64,000 nucleotides of DNA, taken from assembly GCA_037444405.1 (NCBI GenBank), contig JBBIML010000006.1, forward strand, positions 192,001 through 256,000, in the 5' to 3' direction. This DNA comes from Armatimonadota bacterium (GTDB lineage: Bacteria; Armatimonadota; Fimbriimonadia; Fimbriimonadales; GBS-DC). The translations under genes were made by a program, and so were the position numbers. Positions 10,260 to 20,083 of this stretch are shown one piece after another (the first letter of the stretch is position 1; every line of letters begins with the position of its first letter). The notes beneath the pieces were generated by a model, which did not search any database, was not told where the DNA came from, and worked only from the letters and a program-made list of their open reading frames with translations.

Positions 10260-10280
10260 GGGCGCACCGCCGTGCGCCCT
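10256..10280. repeat. GTAG-type REP-like palindrome
   Basis: GTAGGGGCGCAC-CGCC-GTGCGCCCT hairpin at the DprA stop. Confidence 0.55.
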
Positions 10281-10324
10281 TTTCGAGCGCACCACTTGCG
10301 CTCCTGCAACTTCAACTCTTCAGC

Positions 10325-10493
10325 GAGGCTGTTCGAAAAATCCATCCAGAGGCAAGGATGCCCCTCACCCCTACTCTCTCCCCAGCAGGGAGAGGGAGTT
10401 TATCAGCCCCTCTCCCCCGCCTGTGAGGGAGAGGGTGCGGGTGAGGGGGCTTCACTCAGGTCGATATTCTGCCCCGAATTTTCGAACAGCCTC
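10325..10493. mobile_element. 169-bp MITE with 15-bp TIRs and 10-bp target-site duplication
   Basis: GAGGCTGTTCGAAAA...TTTTCGAACAGCCTC; direct repeat ACTCTTCAGC at 10315-10324 and 10494-10503. Confidence 0.85.
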
Positions 10494-10498
10494 ACTCT

Positions 10499-11578
10499 TC
10501 AGCCGACGCGGCGCCAGCGCAGGTAGAGGGCGCTGCCGCCCATCATCACTATCAGGATAGTAACGGTGCCCGGTTCAGGCACGCCGTCGCCGCCCCAGTT
10601 GCTGCCTGCACCCCACCGGTCGATCCGAACCCGCAAAAACACAGGCGCATGATCGGAGGCGCTCGGGCTGTCGTTAATATCAAACCCATCTGGCAGCATG
10701 CCCTCTGGAAAACGGCGCGTGTTAAATAAAATCGCCTCCAGGATAGTAATCCGATCGCGTCCCAGCTCCACCTCCGAAGTGAGCAGGTAATCGAACCGAT
10801 TGCGCAGGTCAGAGTTGCGCGTCGTCACTTTATAGGTGCGCTTGCCGTCCAGCGCGTCGACGGGTATATGGTCGCGCAGGCGAGCCGACTTAACGGTGCT
10901 GATGGGCGCGTAGGTGCGTCCGTCGGGCAGCGTGCCACCGATATCGAACAGCGAGTTCAGGTCGGGGTCTTCGTTCTCGTTCAGGTCGCCGCCCAGCACA
11001 TAGGCGGAGCGTCGGTGCTGGAGTCGCCATCGGCGCACCTCGTCGCGCGTGCGCTCGGCATTCGTCTGGCGTTTGACCGCATCGTTGGTGTAGCCGCCCG
11101 CCTTGAAATGCGCCCCAAAGATGCCCAGTCCGTTCGTGCCTGGCACATCCACCCAGCCGATGGTCAGTCCCCGATTGGGCGAGCCAATGTTCACATCGCC
11201 AATCTCCAGAAACCGATAACGGCTGATAACGGCGGAGCTGATCCAGCCGTCGCTGTTGCGGTTCACATAAACATAAAAGTCGACGCCGGGCTGCGGATTG
11301 GCGCCATAGTAGGTGAGATGGGTCTGCACGAAGCTGATAAGCGCAGCTTCCTGTGCAGCGGGGTCCCAACCCGATCTGTTGCCACCCACCTCGTGCAGAA
11401 GCCAGATGTCGGGGCGGAGATAGTTGGCAATTCTGGCGACATAGGGTTGCGCCGCGCTGTTGGGTTCGTTCGCGCCGATTGCCCGCCCGATGTTCCAGCT
11501 CATAATGCGCAACTCTGTCGCCCACGCGCCCGTTAGAAGCCAGCCGAGCGCCAGCACCACGCCGTATCTCGCTTTCAT
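10499..11578 (-). CDS. Secreted endonuclease/exonuclease/phosphatase (EEP) with PEP-CTERM tail
   Basis: SWNI, GDLNE, FDY, SDHAPV motifs; C-terminal VPEP-TM-RWRR. Confidence 0.88.
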   Translation of the reverse strand: MKARYGVVLALGWLLTGAWATELRIMSWNIGRAIGANEPNSAAQPYVARIANYLRPDIWLLHEVGGNRSGWDPAAQEAALISFVQTHLTYYGANPQPGVDFYVYVNRNSDGWISSAVISRYRFLEIGDVNIGSPNRGLTIGWVDVPGTNGLGIFGAHFKAGGYTNDAVKRQTNAERTRDEVRRWRLQHRRSAYVLGGDLNENEDPDLNSLFDIGGTLPDGRTYAPISTVKSARLRDHIPVDALDGKRTYKVTTRNSDLRNRFDYLLTSEVELGRDRITILEAILFNTRRFPEGMLPDGFDINDSPSASDHAPVFLRVRIDRWGAGSNWGGDGVPEPGTVTILIVMMGGSALYLRWRRVG

Positions 11579-11639
11579 ACCGCCCTATTATAGCCCATAC
11601 ACGCCCGGAAAGGTATCCTGAAAGGGAGAATTTGCACCG

Positions 11640-14327
11640 ATGAAGACGACACTGCAGGAGCTGGCAACGCCTGATCCCTGGCACGCGCTCTCCGCCGAGC
11701 AGGTAGCCTATCGGCTGGAAACGGGCGCAGGTGGGCTAACCGAATCCGAAGCGCGCCGGCGCCTCCAGCGGTACGGACCCAACCGCCTGGAGGAGGCGAA
11801 GCCTGTCAATCCGCTGCTTGTCCTGCTCCATCAGTTTCAAAGCCCGCTGATTTACATTCTCGTGTTGGCGGCGGTCGTCACCTTCTGGTTAGGCGACACC
11901 ATCGACTCGATAGTGATTGCTGCGGTGCTTTTGGTGAACGCCCTGATTGGCTTTATTCAGGAGTACCGTGCCGAGCATGCAATTCGTGCCCTGACGCGCC
12001 TTGCGGTGCCGAAGGCGCGCGTGGTTCGGGATGGACATGAGCGCGAAATCGAAAGCGGGCGATTGGTGCCAGGTGATCTTGTGCTGCTGGAGACAGGCAT
12101 GCGCGTGCCTGCCGATATTCGGCTGGTCGCGGCGACCGCCCTGCAGGTGGACGAATCGCTTCTGACGGGCGAATCGGTGCCCGTGTTGAAACAGGTTGCG
12201 CCTGTGCCAGCGGCAACACCGTTAGCGGATCGGGTCAATATGGTCTATTCGGGCACGGTCATCACCGCTGGACGCGGGCGCGGCTATGTGGTCGCGACAG
12301 GCGCCTCCTCCGAGCTGGGCAAGATTGCGCACACCGTCCACCAGCAAGCGCCTCCTGAAACCCCGCTCCAGATGCGCATGCGCCAATTTGCCGGCATTAT
12401 CGCCATCGTGACGGGAATCAGCTGTGGCGTGATTCTCGCGCTGGGCATCGTGCTGGGCAATACGCCTCTGCACATGTTCAAGGTGGTGGTGGGCGTCGCG
12501 GTGGCGGCGATCCCGGAGGGGCTGCCGATTGTGATGACCATCGCGCTGGCGCTCAGCGTCCATCGGATGGCGCGCCGCAACGCGCTGGTGCGTCAGTTCG
12601 CCGCCGTCGAAACGCTCGGCAGTACGACCACCATCGGTTCCGACAAAACGGGCACCCTCACCGAAAATCGGATGACCGTTCAGGAATACTGGGTTGCCGA
12701 AGAGGTGTTCCGCATCGAGGAGCTGGAAAAGCAGGGACTGCCCGAATCGGACGAGCATCCCTTTATCCTGGCTCTGCTGACAGGCATTCTGACCAACGAG
12801 GCGGAGGTGGAAGAAAGCGAGGCGGGCTACGAGATTCATGGCGACCCGACGGAAGCAGCGTTGCTGATTGCCGCTCTGCGAATCGGCGTCGCCCATCGGG
12901 TGGTGCGTGAGCGACATCCCGTGGTGGGCGAAATCCCGTTCGAGCCAGAGCTGCAGTATTCGGCAAGCGTGCGCGAGCACGGCGGTGAACAGTGGGTTTT
13001 TGTTAAAGGCGCCCCGGAGCGGCTCTTCCGGATGGCGACCCACTGGCTAACACGCGACGGCGAGCGCGCTCTGGACGAAACGGCTCGCCAGCGGATTCAG
13101 GAGCAGGCACGCCAGATGGCAGGGCGCGGACTGCGCGTGCTGGGGCTTGCTTACCGACGCCTGCCAGAGCCGTTAGAACCGACTGAGCGCGTGTCCGAAC
13201 CCACCGCACTGGTCTTCATCGGGCTGGTCGGCATGATGGATCCGCCCCGGCCGGGCGTCAAAGAGGCGATCGACGACTGCCATCGGGCAGGTATTCGCGT
13301 GCTGATGATCACGGGCGACCACGCGGAGACAGCGCGCGCTATCGGACGCGAGCTCGACCTCACGGCTGATGACGCACCCGTGCTGACTGGCGCCGACCTC
13401 GATCAGATGGACGAGACGACCCTGCGTGAACAGGTGAAGCGAGTCGCCATCTTTGCGCGGGTTAGCCCCGAGCACAAGCTGCGCATCGTGCATGCTCTGC
13501 GGGCGAACGGCGAGGTGGTCGCGATGACGGGCGACGGCGTGAACGACGCCCCTGCCCTCAAAGCCGCCGATGTGGGCATCGCGATGGGCAAAAGCGGCAC
13601 TGATGTCGCCCGTGAAGCCGCCGACATCGTGCTGACCGATGATAACTTCATATCGATTCGGAACGCTGTTGAGGAGGGGCGCATCGCGTTCAGCAACCTG
13701 CGCAACGCGACCTTCTTCCTGCTGTCGACGGGCGCGGCTTCCGTGCTGATCTTTTTCCTGACCCTGCTGACAGGACTGCCGATCCCCCTTCTGCCAGCTC
13801 AACTGCTATGGCTCAACCTTGTGACGAACGGGCTTCAGGATGTGGCGCTCGCTTTTGAGTCGGGGGAGCGAGGCGTGATGACGCGCCCGCCACGCCCTCG
13901 AAACGAGGGTATCATCTCGCCCCTACTATGGGAGCGCACCGTGATTGTCGGCATCCTGATTGCGGGAGCCACCTATGCCCTGTTCCGATGGGAACTGGAA
14001 AATGGCGGCTCACTCAGCCAGGCGCAGACCGTTGCCCTCACGACGCTGGTGCTGTTCCAGAACTTCCATGTGGGCAACTGCCGCTCCGAATATCGCTCCG
14101 CACTTTTCCTGAGTCCCCTGCGCAATCCGTTCCTGTTGCTGGCGGCGCTCAGCGCACTGAGTGCGCATACCGCGGCGCTCTATCTGCCGTGGACGCAGTT
14201 CATTCTGCGGGTGGAGCCAATCGGGCTGGAAGAGTGGACGCGAATGGTGCTGGTCGCGCTCAGCGTGGTGGTCGTGGTCGAACTTCACAAATGGCTCCGC
14301 CATCCCCTGCGAGCAAGAACAGGATAG
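11640..14327 (+). CDS. P-type cation-transporting ATPase (P2A, Ca2+-like)
   Basis: TGES, IPEGLP, DKTGT, TGDH, GDGVND motifs. Confidence 0.92.
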   Translation: MKTTLQELATPDPWHALSAEQVAYRLETGAGGLTESEARRRLQRYGPNRLEEAKPVNPLLVLLHQFQSPLIYILVLAAVVTFWLGDTIDSIVIAAVLLVNALIGFIQEYRAEHAIRALTRLAVPKARVVRDGHEREIESGRLVPGDLVLLETGMRVPADIRLVAATALQVDESLLTGESVPVLKQVAPVPAATPLADRVNMVYSGTVITAGRGRGYVVATGASSELGKIAHTVHQQAPPETPLQMRMRQFAGIIAIVTGISCGVILALGIVLGNTPLHMFKVVVGVAVAAIPEGLPIVMTIALALSVHRMARRNALVRQFAAVETLGSTTTIGSDKTGTLTENRMTVQEYWVAEEVFRIEELEKQGLPESDEHPFILALLTGILTNEAEVEESEAGYEIHGDPTEAALLIAALRIGVAHRVVRERHPVVGEIPFEPELQYSASVREHGGEQWVFVKGAPERLFRMATHWLTRDGERALDETARQRIQEQARQMAGRGLRVLGLAYRRLPEPLEPTERVSEPTALVFIGLVGMMDPPRPGVKEAIDDCHRAGIRVLMITGDHAETARAIGRELDLTADDAPVLTGADLDQMDETTLREQVKRVAIFARVSPEHKLRIVHALRANGEVVAMTGDGVNDAPALKAADVGIAMGKSGTDVAREAADIVLTDDNFISIRNAVEEGRIAFSNLRNATFFLLSTGAASVLIFFLTLLTGLPIPLLPAQLLWLNLVTNGLQDVALAFESGERGVMTRPPRPRNEGIISPLLWERTVIVGILIAGATYALFRWELENGGSLSQAQTVALTTLVLFQNFHVGNCRSEYRSALFLSPLRNPFLLLAALSALSAHTAALYLPWTQFILRVEPIGLEEWTRMVLVALSVVVVVELHKWLRHPLRARTG

Positions 14328-14366
14328 CCTATCCACGCGCGACTTTGTGAAAAAAGGCACAACCCC

Positions 14367-14396
14367 TTGACGCGCCCGTCATGGGATGGGTATAAT
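14367..14396 (+). promoter_or_regulatory. sigma70 promoter of the atp operon
   Basis: TTGACG-N18-TATAAT. Confidence 0.65.
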
Positions 14397-14427
14397 AGGG
14401 GGCGCGAAGGAGGCGAATAGGCAGACA

Positions 14428-15144
14428 GTGCAGGAACATCATATTGCGCCTGTGGTTTTCACGGTGTTCGCCGGCATCGCGGCAGCGGTGCTGGTCGTTT
14501 TTGCGCTTCTATCCACCCGCAATATGCAGAAGCGACCGGGCAAACTGCAGAATCTGGCGGAACTCATCTACGAAGGTTTTGAAGGGCTGGTGGTCAGCAC
14601 GGCGGGCGAGCACGGGCGCAAATATGTGCCGCTGGTCGGCACGCTCTTCCTGTATATTCTCATTTGCAATCTGTTCGGGCTGTTGCCGGCGCCGTTCGTT
14701 GCGCCCACCGCCAGCCTGAACACCACGATTGCGCTGGCGCTGCTGGTGTTCCTGTATGTGCAGTTTGAAGGCATTCGCACGAACGGCATCGGGGGCTATC
14801 TGGGGCATTTTGCAGGGATTGGCAAGGTGCCCCTTTTTATCGCGCCGCTGCTGTTCGTGGTGGAGCTGATGGGCGAGCTGGCGAAGCCCTTCTCGCTCGC
14901 CATCCGATTATATGGCAACATGTTCGGCAAGGAGCAGGTGGTGCTGGCACTGATTGGCTTCTTCGCCATCCCGCTGTTCAAATCGTACTACATTCCGCTA
15001 CCCGTGCAGTTCCCGATTTTGCTGTTAGGTCTGCTGGTGGCGTTTGTGCAGGCGTTCGTGTTTGCGCTGCTGACCACCATCTATCTGGGTCTGATGACCG
15101 AGCATGTGAGCGAGCATGCTCATGCGGAGGCGGTGGCGCACTGA
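14428..15144 (+). CDS. atpB: F0 subunit a
   Basis: KPFSLAIRLYGNM and QAFVFALL motifs; GTG start after AAGGAGG. Confidence 0.93.
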   Translation: MQEHHIAPVVFTVFAGIAAAVLVVFALLSTRNMQKRPGKLQNLAELIYEGFEGLVVSTAGEHGRKYVPLVGTLFLYILICNLFGLLPAPFVAPTASLNTTIALALLVFLYVQFEGIRTNGIGGYLGHFAGIGKVPLFIAPLLFVVELMGELAKPFSLAIRLYGNMFGKEQVVLALIGFFAIPLFKSYYIPLPVQFPILLLGLLVAFVQAFVFALLTTIYLGLMTEHVSEHAHAEAVAH

Positions 15145-15215
15145 GATTTCTCCATGCCTCGCGTGGAGAGTGAACGCAGCGGATGCGAACCTAAAAAACA
15201 AGGAGGAGATGAACG

Positions 15216-15500
15216 ATGGAAACAGGTGTCGGTCTTTATCTGATGGGGCTGGCTCTGGCGGCTGGGCTGGGGCTGCCCATCGGCGTGATTGGCGCCGGTA
15301 TCGGTCAGGGCATCGCGGCATCGGGCGCGTTGCGTGGCATGGCGCGTCAACCCGAGCTGGCGGGGCGAATCCAGACAGGCATGATTATCGCCCTCGCCTT
15401 CATCGAGTCACTGGTGCTGTACGCCCTGCTGATGTTCTTCCTGCTGCAGGGCAAGCTACCCGCCGTCGATGTGCTGGTGGACACCCTGCGCAAACCCTGA
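15216..15500 (+). CDS. atpE: F0 subunit c
   Basis: GAGIGQG..ARQPE..FIESLVLY. Confidence 0.95.
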   Translation: METGVGLYLMGLALAAGLGLPIGVIGAGIGQGIAASGALRGMARQPELAGRIQTGMIIALAFIESLVLYALLMFFLLQGKLPAVDVLVDTLRKP

Positions 15501-15556
15501 TGCAATCCATGCCGGGGTGAGGCGCTTCCCCGCCTCGCCCCTCACGAGGAACAGCT

Positions 15557-16105
15557 ATGTGGACGACGCTCACGAACCTGATGGCTGCCGAGACACACGG
15601 CGGTGGCGGCATCCTGGAGCAGCTCGGAATCGATTTCAATCTCATCATTATTCAGGCGGTCGGGTTCCTGCTGCTGCTGTGGCTGCTGACGCGCTTCTTC
15701 TGGAAGCCAATTGAGCAGATGCTGGAGGCGCGTCGGCAGGACATCAACGCCACCTACGACAAGATCGAAGCTGACCGCCGCGCGATGGAGCAGCTGCGGG
15801 CGGAATATGAGCAGCGACTGGCGCAGATCGAAGCCGAAGCCCGCGAACGAATCCAGCAGGCGGTTGGTGAAGCCCAGCAGCTGCGCGACCAGATTCTGCA
15901 GGACGCCCGCCGTCAGGCGCAGGAGATTATCGCCCGTGCGCAGGAGCAAGCGAGCCTCGAACGCGAGAAACTGCTCACCGAGCTGCAGACCCATGTCGCC
16001 GACCTGACGCTCGCCGTCGCGGAGCGCATTCTGGGCGAAAGCCTCGACGACGAGCGCCATCGCCGACTGATCAACGAGTTCATCCAGACGGTGGAGGTGC
16101 GCTGA
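15557..16105 (+). CDS. atpF: F0 subunit b
   Basis: N-terminal TM helix plus coiled coil; operon position. Confidence 0.92.
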   Translation: MWTTLTNLMAAETHGGGGILEQLGIDFNLIIIQAVGFLLLLWLLTRFFWKPIEQMLEARRQDINATYDKIEADRRAMEQLRAEYEQRLAQIEAEARERIQQAVGEAQQLRDQILQDARRQAQEIIARAQEQASLEREKLLTELQTHVADLTLAVAERILGESLDDERHRRLINEFIQTVEVR

Positions 16106-16675
16106 ATGCGAGCCGACTGGCGTGTGGCACGACGCTACGCGGGCGCGCTGTTCAAAGCCGCGCTGAACGCGAACACGCTTCAGCGCGTGGGCGAGGACCT
16201 GGAGCGCCTGCGCACCCTCCTGCAGGCGAGCGAGGCGCTGCAGGCGTTCCTCTATAGCCCGCAAATCCCCCGTGACCGCAAAAAGCAGCGCCTGAACGAA
16301 CTGCTGTCCCGCGACCTGCAACCGCTGACCATGAACCTGCTCGCGCTGGTCATCGAAAAGCGGCGCGAGAAGCAACTGAACGCCATCATAGAGGAGTTCC
16401 AGCGGCTGCGCGAGGCGCACGAGGGCATCGCCCGCGCCACCATCACCTCCGCCATCCCCCTCAGCCACAGCCAGCAACAGGCGCTCCTGCAACGACTGGA
16501 GAACAGCACGGGCAAGCGAATCATCCCCACTTTTGAAGTTGACCCCAGCCAGATTGGCGGGGTTCGAGTGCAGATTGGCGATTATCAGATTGACGGCACG
16601 ATTCGGGGCGCGCTCGAACGGCTGCACGACCATGTGCGCCTCGAAATCGCTCGCCGCAGCCGAATCACCGGATGA
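16106..16675 (+). CDS. atpH: F1 delta
   Basis: VARRYAGALF...VDPSQIGG; operon position. Confidence 0.92.
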   Translation: MRADWRVARRYAGALFKAALNANTLQRVGEDLERLRTLLQASEALQAFLYSPQIPRDRKKQRLNELLSRDLQPLTMNLLALVIEKRREKQLNAIIEEFQRLREAHEGIARATITSAIPLSHSQQQALLQRLENSTGKRIIPTFEVDPSQIGGVRVQIGDYQIDGTIRGALERLHDHVRLEIARRSRITG

Positions 16676-16684
16676 GGTGCAACC

Positions 16685-18223
16685 ATGGCAATCCGACCTG
16701 AAGAAATAACGAGCATTCTGGCAAAAGAGATCGAATCGCTGGATCAGAAGCCTGTCGCGGAGAGCGTCGGCACGGTGCTGCAGGTGGGCGACGGCATCGC
16801 CCGCGTGTACGGGCTGCCCGACGCCCAGATGGGCGAGCTGCTGGAGTTCCCGCACGAGGTGATGGGGCTGGTGCTGAACCTTGAAGAGGACAGCATCGGC
16901 TGCATCATTCTCGGCTCGGACGAGGAACTCAAAGAGGGCGACCCGGTGCGCCGCACAGGGCGCATCGCGGAGGTGCCCGTCGGCAAAGCGCTGCTGGGGC
17001 GCGTGGTCGACGCGCTCGGACGACCGCTCGACGGCAAGGGACCCATCGTCGCCGAAGAGTATCGCCGCGTGGAAGTGATTGCGCCCGGCGTGGTCAAGCG
17101 CCAGCCCGTCAAGGAGCCGCTGCAAACGGGCATCAAAGCCATCGACTCCATGATTCCCATCGGGCGCGGTCAGCGCGAGCTGATTATCGGCGACCGCTCC
17201 ACCGGCAAAACTGCCATCGTGCTGGACACCATCATCAATCAGAAATATACGCACGAGACCGATTCGCCCGTCTACTGCATCTATGTGGCGATTGGTCAGA
17301 AGATGGCGGCGATTGCCCGCTTCATCGACACGCTGGAGCGGTACGGCGCGATGGAGTACACCACGGTCGTGGTAGCGTCCGCCAGCGACCCGAACAGTCT
17401 GCAGTACCTGGCGCCCTACGCGGGCTGCGCGATGGGCGAATACTTCCGCGATAACGGCATGCACGCGCTGGTGGTGTACGACGACCTGTCCAAGCATGCG
17501 CAGGCGTATCGCGCGGTTTCGCTGCTGCTGCGCCGTCCGCCAGGGCGCGAGGCATATCCGGGCGATGTGTTCTATCTGCACTCGCGCCTGCTGGAGCGCG
17601 CGGCGAAGCTCTCGGACGAGCTCGGCGGCGGCTCGCTGACCGCACTGCCCATCATCGAGACGCAGGCGGGCGATGTGTCCGCCTATATCCCGACCAATGT
17701 CATCTCCATCACCGATGGGCAGATCTATCTGGAGCCGAGCCTGTTCTACGCGGGTATTCGCCCCGCGATCAATGTGGGCATCTCGGTCAGCCGTGTGGGG
17801 GGCGACGCCCAGATTCGCGCGATGAAGCAGGTGGCGGGACGCCTGCGACTGGACATGGCGCAGTTCCGCGAGGTGCAGGCGTTCGCCCAGTTCGCCTCCG
17901 ACCTCGACCGCGCCACCCAGATGCAGCTCGCGCGCGGATTGCGCCTGCAGGAGATTCTCAAACAGCCCCAGTTCCAGCCGATGCCCGTCGAGGAGCAGGT
18001 GATGATTATCTTCGCGGGCACGCAGGGCTACCTCGACGACATCCCGGTGGAGCTGGTGCGCGCGTTTGAGGACGGCTTCCATCCCTTCATGCGCGAAAAG
18101 TATCCCGACATCGGCGAAAAGATTCGGCGCGAGAAGCAGTTAGACGCCGATACGGAAGCCGACCTGCGCCGCGCGATTGAGGAATATAAGGCGCTCTTCA
18201 AGCAGGAGCAGGGGCTGACATGA
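16685..18223 (+). CDS. atpA: F1 alpha
   Basis: [29 protein letters not shown]. Confidence 0.97.
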   Translation: MAIRPEEITSILAKEIESLDQKPVAESVGTVLQVGDGIARVYGLPDAQMGELLEFPHEVMGLVLNLEEDSIGCIILGSDEELKEGDPVRRTGRIAEVPVGKALLGRVVDALGRPLDGKGPIVAEEYRRVEVIAPGVVKRQPVKEPLQTGIKAIDSMIPIGRGQRELIIGDRSTGKTAIVLDTIINQKYTHETDSPVYCIYVAIGQKMAAIARFIDTLERYGAMEYTTVVVASASDPNSLQYLAPYAGCAMGEYFRDNGMHALVVYDDLSKHAQAYRAVSLLLRRPPGREAYPGDVFYLHSRLLERAAKLSDELGGGSLTALPIIETQAGDVSAYIPTNVISITDGQIYLEPSLFYAGIRPAINVGISVSRVGGDAQIRAMKQVAGRLRLDMAQFREVQAFAQFASDLDRATQMQLARGLRLQEILKQPQFQPMPVEEQVMIIFAGTQGYLDDIPVELVRAFEDGFHPFMREKYPDIGEKIRREKQLDADTEADLRRAIEEYKALFKQEQGLT

Positions 18224-19083
18224 GAACGCTGCGAGCGATGCGGTCGCGCATTCGCGCCGCGAAGAACATTCAGCAGATCACGCGGGCGATGAAGCTGGTC
18301 TCCGCGGCTCGCCTGCGTCGGGCGCAGGATCGCGTGCTGGCAGCCCGACCCTACGCCCAGCGCATGCACGAGATTATGCAGGAGCTGGGTCGCGCGGGCG
18401 ACCTGCCTGAACACCCGCTGCTGCAGCGCCGACCTGTCCAGCATGTCGGCTTCGTGCTGATCACCTCCGACAGGGGTCTGTGCGGCGCGTACAATATGAA
18501 CCTGATTCGTGCCCTGCAGAACGCCATTCGCGATCAGGGGCTTCAGCAGGAGCAGGTGCGCCTGATCTGCGTCGGGCGACGCGGCTACCAGTTCTTTGCT
18601 AAGCGCGGATTCACCGTCGAACTCTATCGCTCGATGCCAACAGGCGGTGCCGGGCTGGAAGACGCGCGCGCCGTCACCAGCGCCATCACCGAGCTGTTTG
18701 TTGGCGGGCGCGTCGACAGGGTCTATCTGGTCTACGCACGGTTCATCAACCCCGTGACTCAGCGTCCGGTGGTTCAGCCAGTTCTGCCGATTGAGCCGCC
18801 CGCTGGCGAGGAGAGCAGCCCGCGCGAGTTCATCTTCGAGCCGCCTGCTGACGAGCTGCTGGAACGGCTGCTGCCCCGCTACCTGCTGACGCAGGTGCTG
18901 CAGGCGTTGCTGGAAGCCAGCGCGAGCGAGCATGGCGCCCGCATGACCGCCATGTCGATGGCGAGCGATAACGCGGGCAAGATGATTCAGGAGCTGACGC
19001 TGGTGATGAACCGCCTGCGCCAGGCGGCGATTACCAAAGAGATTGCTGAGGTGGTGAGCGGCGCAGAGGCGCTCAAGGGCTGA
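18220..19083 (+). CDS. atpG: F1 gamma
   Basis: [24 protein letters not shown]. Confidence 0.96.
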   Translation: MRTLRAMRSRIRAAKNIQQITRAMKLVSAARLRRAQDRVLAARPYAQRMHEIMQELGRAGDLPEHPLLQRRPVQHVGFVLITSDRGLCGAYNMNLIRALQNAIRDQGLQQEQVRLICVGRRGYQFFAKRGFTVELYRSMPTGGAGLEDARAVTSAITELFVGGRVDRVYLVYARFINPVTQRPVVQPVLPIEPPAGEESSPREFIFEPPADELLERLLPRYLLTQVLQALLEASASEHGARMTAMSMASDNAGKMIQELTLVMNRLRQAAITKEIAEVVSGAEALKG

Positions 19084-19901
19084 TGAGCGAGCTGACAGGA
19101 CGGGTGGCGATTATCACGGGCGCCAGTCGGGGCATCGGGCGGGCAATCGCGCTCCGACTGGCGCGGGAAGGTGTGCGCGTGGTCATCGCCGCCAAAACCG
19201 CTGAACCTGACCCGCGCCTGCCCGGCACTATCTACACCGTCGCCGATGAGGTGCAGGCGCTCGGCGGCGAGGCGTTCCCCATCCGCGTCGATGTGCGCGA
19301 CGAGAACGCCATCCAGCAGATGGTCGACGCCACCCTCCAGCGCTGGGGGCGTATCGACATTCTGGTGAACAACGCGGGCGCGCTCTGGTGGAAGCCTCTG
19401 CTGGAGACGCCAGCGAAGCGGTTTGACCTGGTGATGGGTGTGAATGTGCGCGCCGCGTTCCTCTGCTCTCAAGCCGTTCTGCCCGCAATGATGAACCAGC
19501 GGTGGGGTCATATTGTCAACATGTCGCCGCCGATAGAGCCGTCAGTGGTGGCGGGGCGTATCGCCTACATGCTTTCCAAGTTCGGCATGACCCTGCTCAC
19601 TTACGGGCTGGCGGAGGAGGTGCGCGAATACAATATTGCCGTCAACTCGCTCTGGCCCCGCACGCTGATTGAGAGCCAGGCAACCATCGCCTTTCAGCTG
19701 GGCGAGCCGCGCTACTGGCGCAAAGCCGACATCATGGCGGACGCGCTCTGCGAGCTGGTTCGGCGCGAGCCGTCCACCTGCACGGGACAGGTGTGGTTCG
19801 ACGAGGACATCCTGCGCGAGGCAGGCGTCACCGACTTCTCCATCTACAACTGCATACCCGACGGCGAACCACTGCCCATCAATTGGGGCTTACTGGGCTG
19901 A
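19083..19901 (+). CDS. SDR oxidoreductase (HSDL2-like)
   Basis: TGASRGIG, AKTAEPDPRLPGTI, YMLSK. Confidence 0.88.
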   Translation: MSELTGRVAIITGASRGIGRAIALRLAREGVRVVIAAKTAEPDPRLPGTIYTVADEVQALGGEAFPIRVDVRDENAIQQMVDATLQRWGRIDILVNNAGALWWKPLLETPAKRFDLVMGVNVRAAFLCSQAVLPAMMNQRWGHIVNMSPPIEPSVVAGRIAYMLSKFGMTLLTYGLAEEVREYNIAVNSLWPRTLIESQATIAFQLGEPRYWRKADIMADALCELVRREPSTCTGQVWFDEDILREAGVTDFSIYNCIPDGEPLPINWGLLG

Positions 19902-20033
19902 AACTTCCCCTTTAGGGGCATGGGAGAGGAGGCATTTTCGATTTTTCAGTTCCTCTTCTTGAATGCCTTCGGGCTGTTCAACCAGTTCGATGCGCCCATT
20001 GCGATAGTAGCCGCGCACAGTGGTTAGCGCCAT
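19890..20033 (-). pseudogene. Short antitoxin-like (DUF104-type) ORF or remnant, 47 aa
   Basis: Manual translation MALTTVRGYYRNGRIELVEQPEGI...; resembles the 'G.Y..G.I.L' N-terminus of small antitoxin-like proteins. No toxin follows. Confidence 0.4.
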
Positions 20034-20083
20034 TTTCTCTCACCCAACGAGAGTATACCCTCTGATGGGTATACTTCATCTTG

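Noticed and set aside
15542..18082. 846-aa minus-strand ORF
   Set aside because: Antisense shadow of atpF/H/A in high-GC DNA; no motifs.
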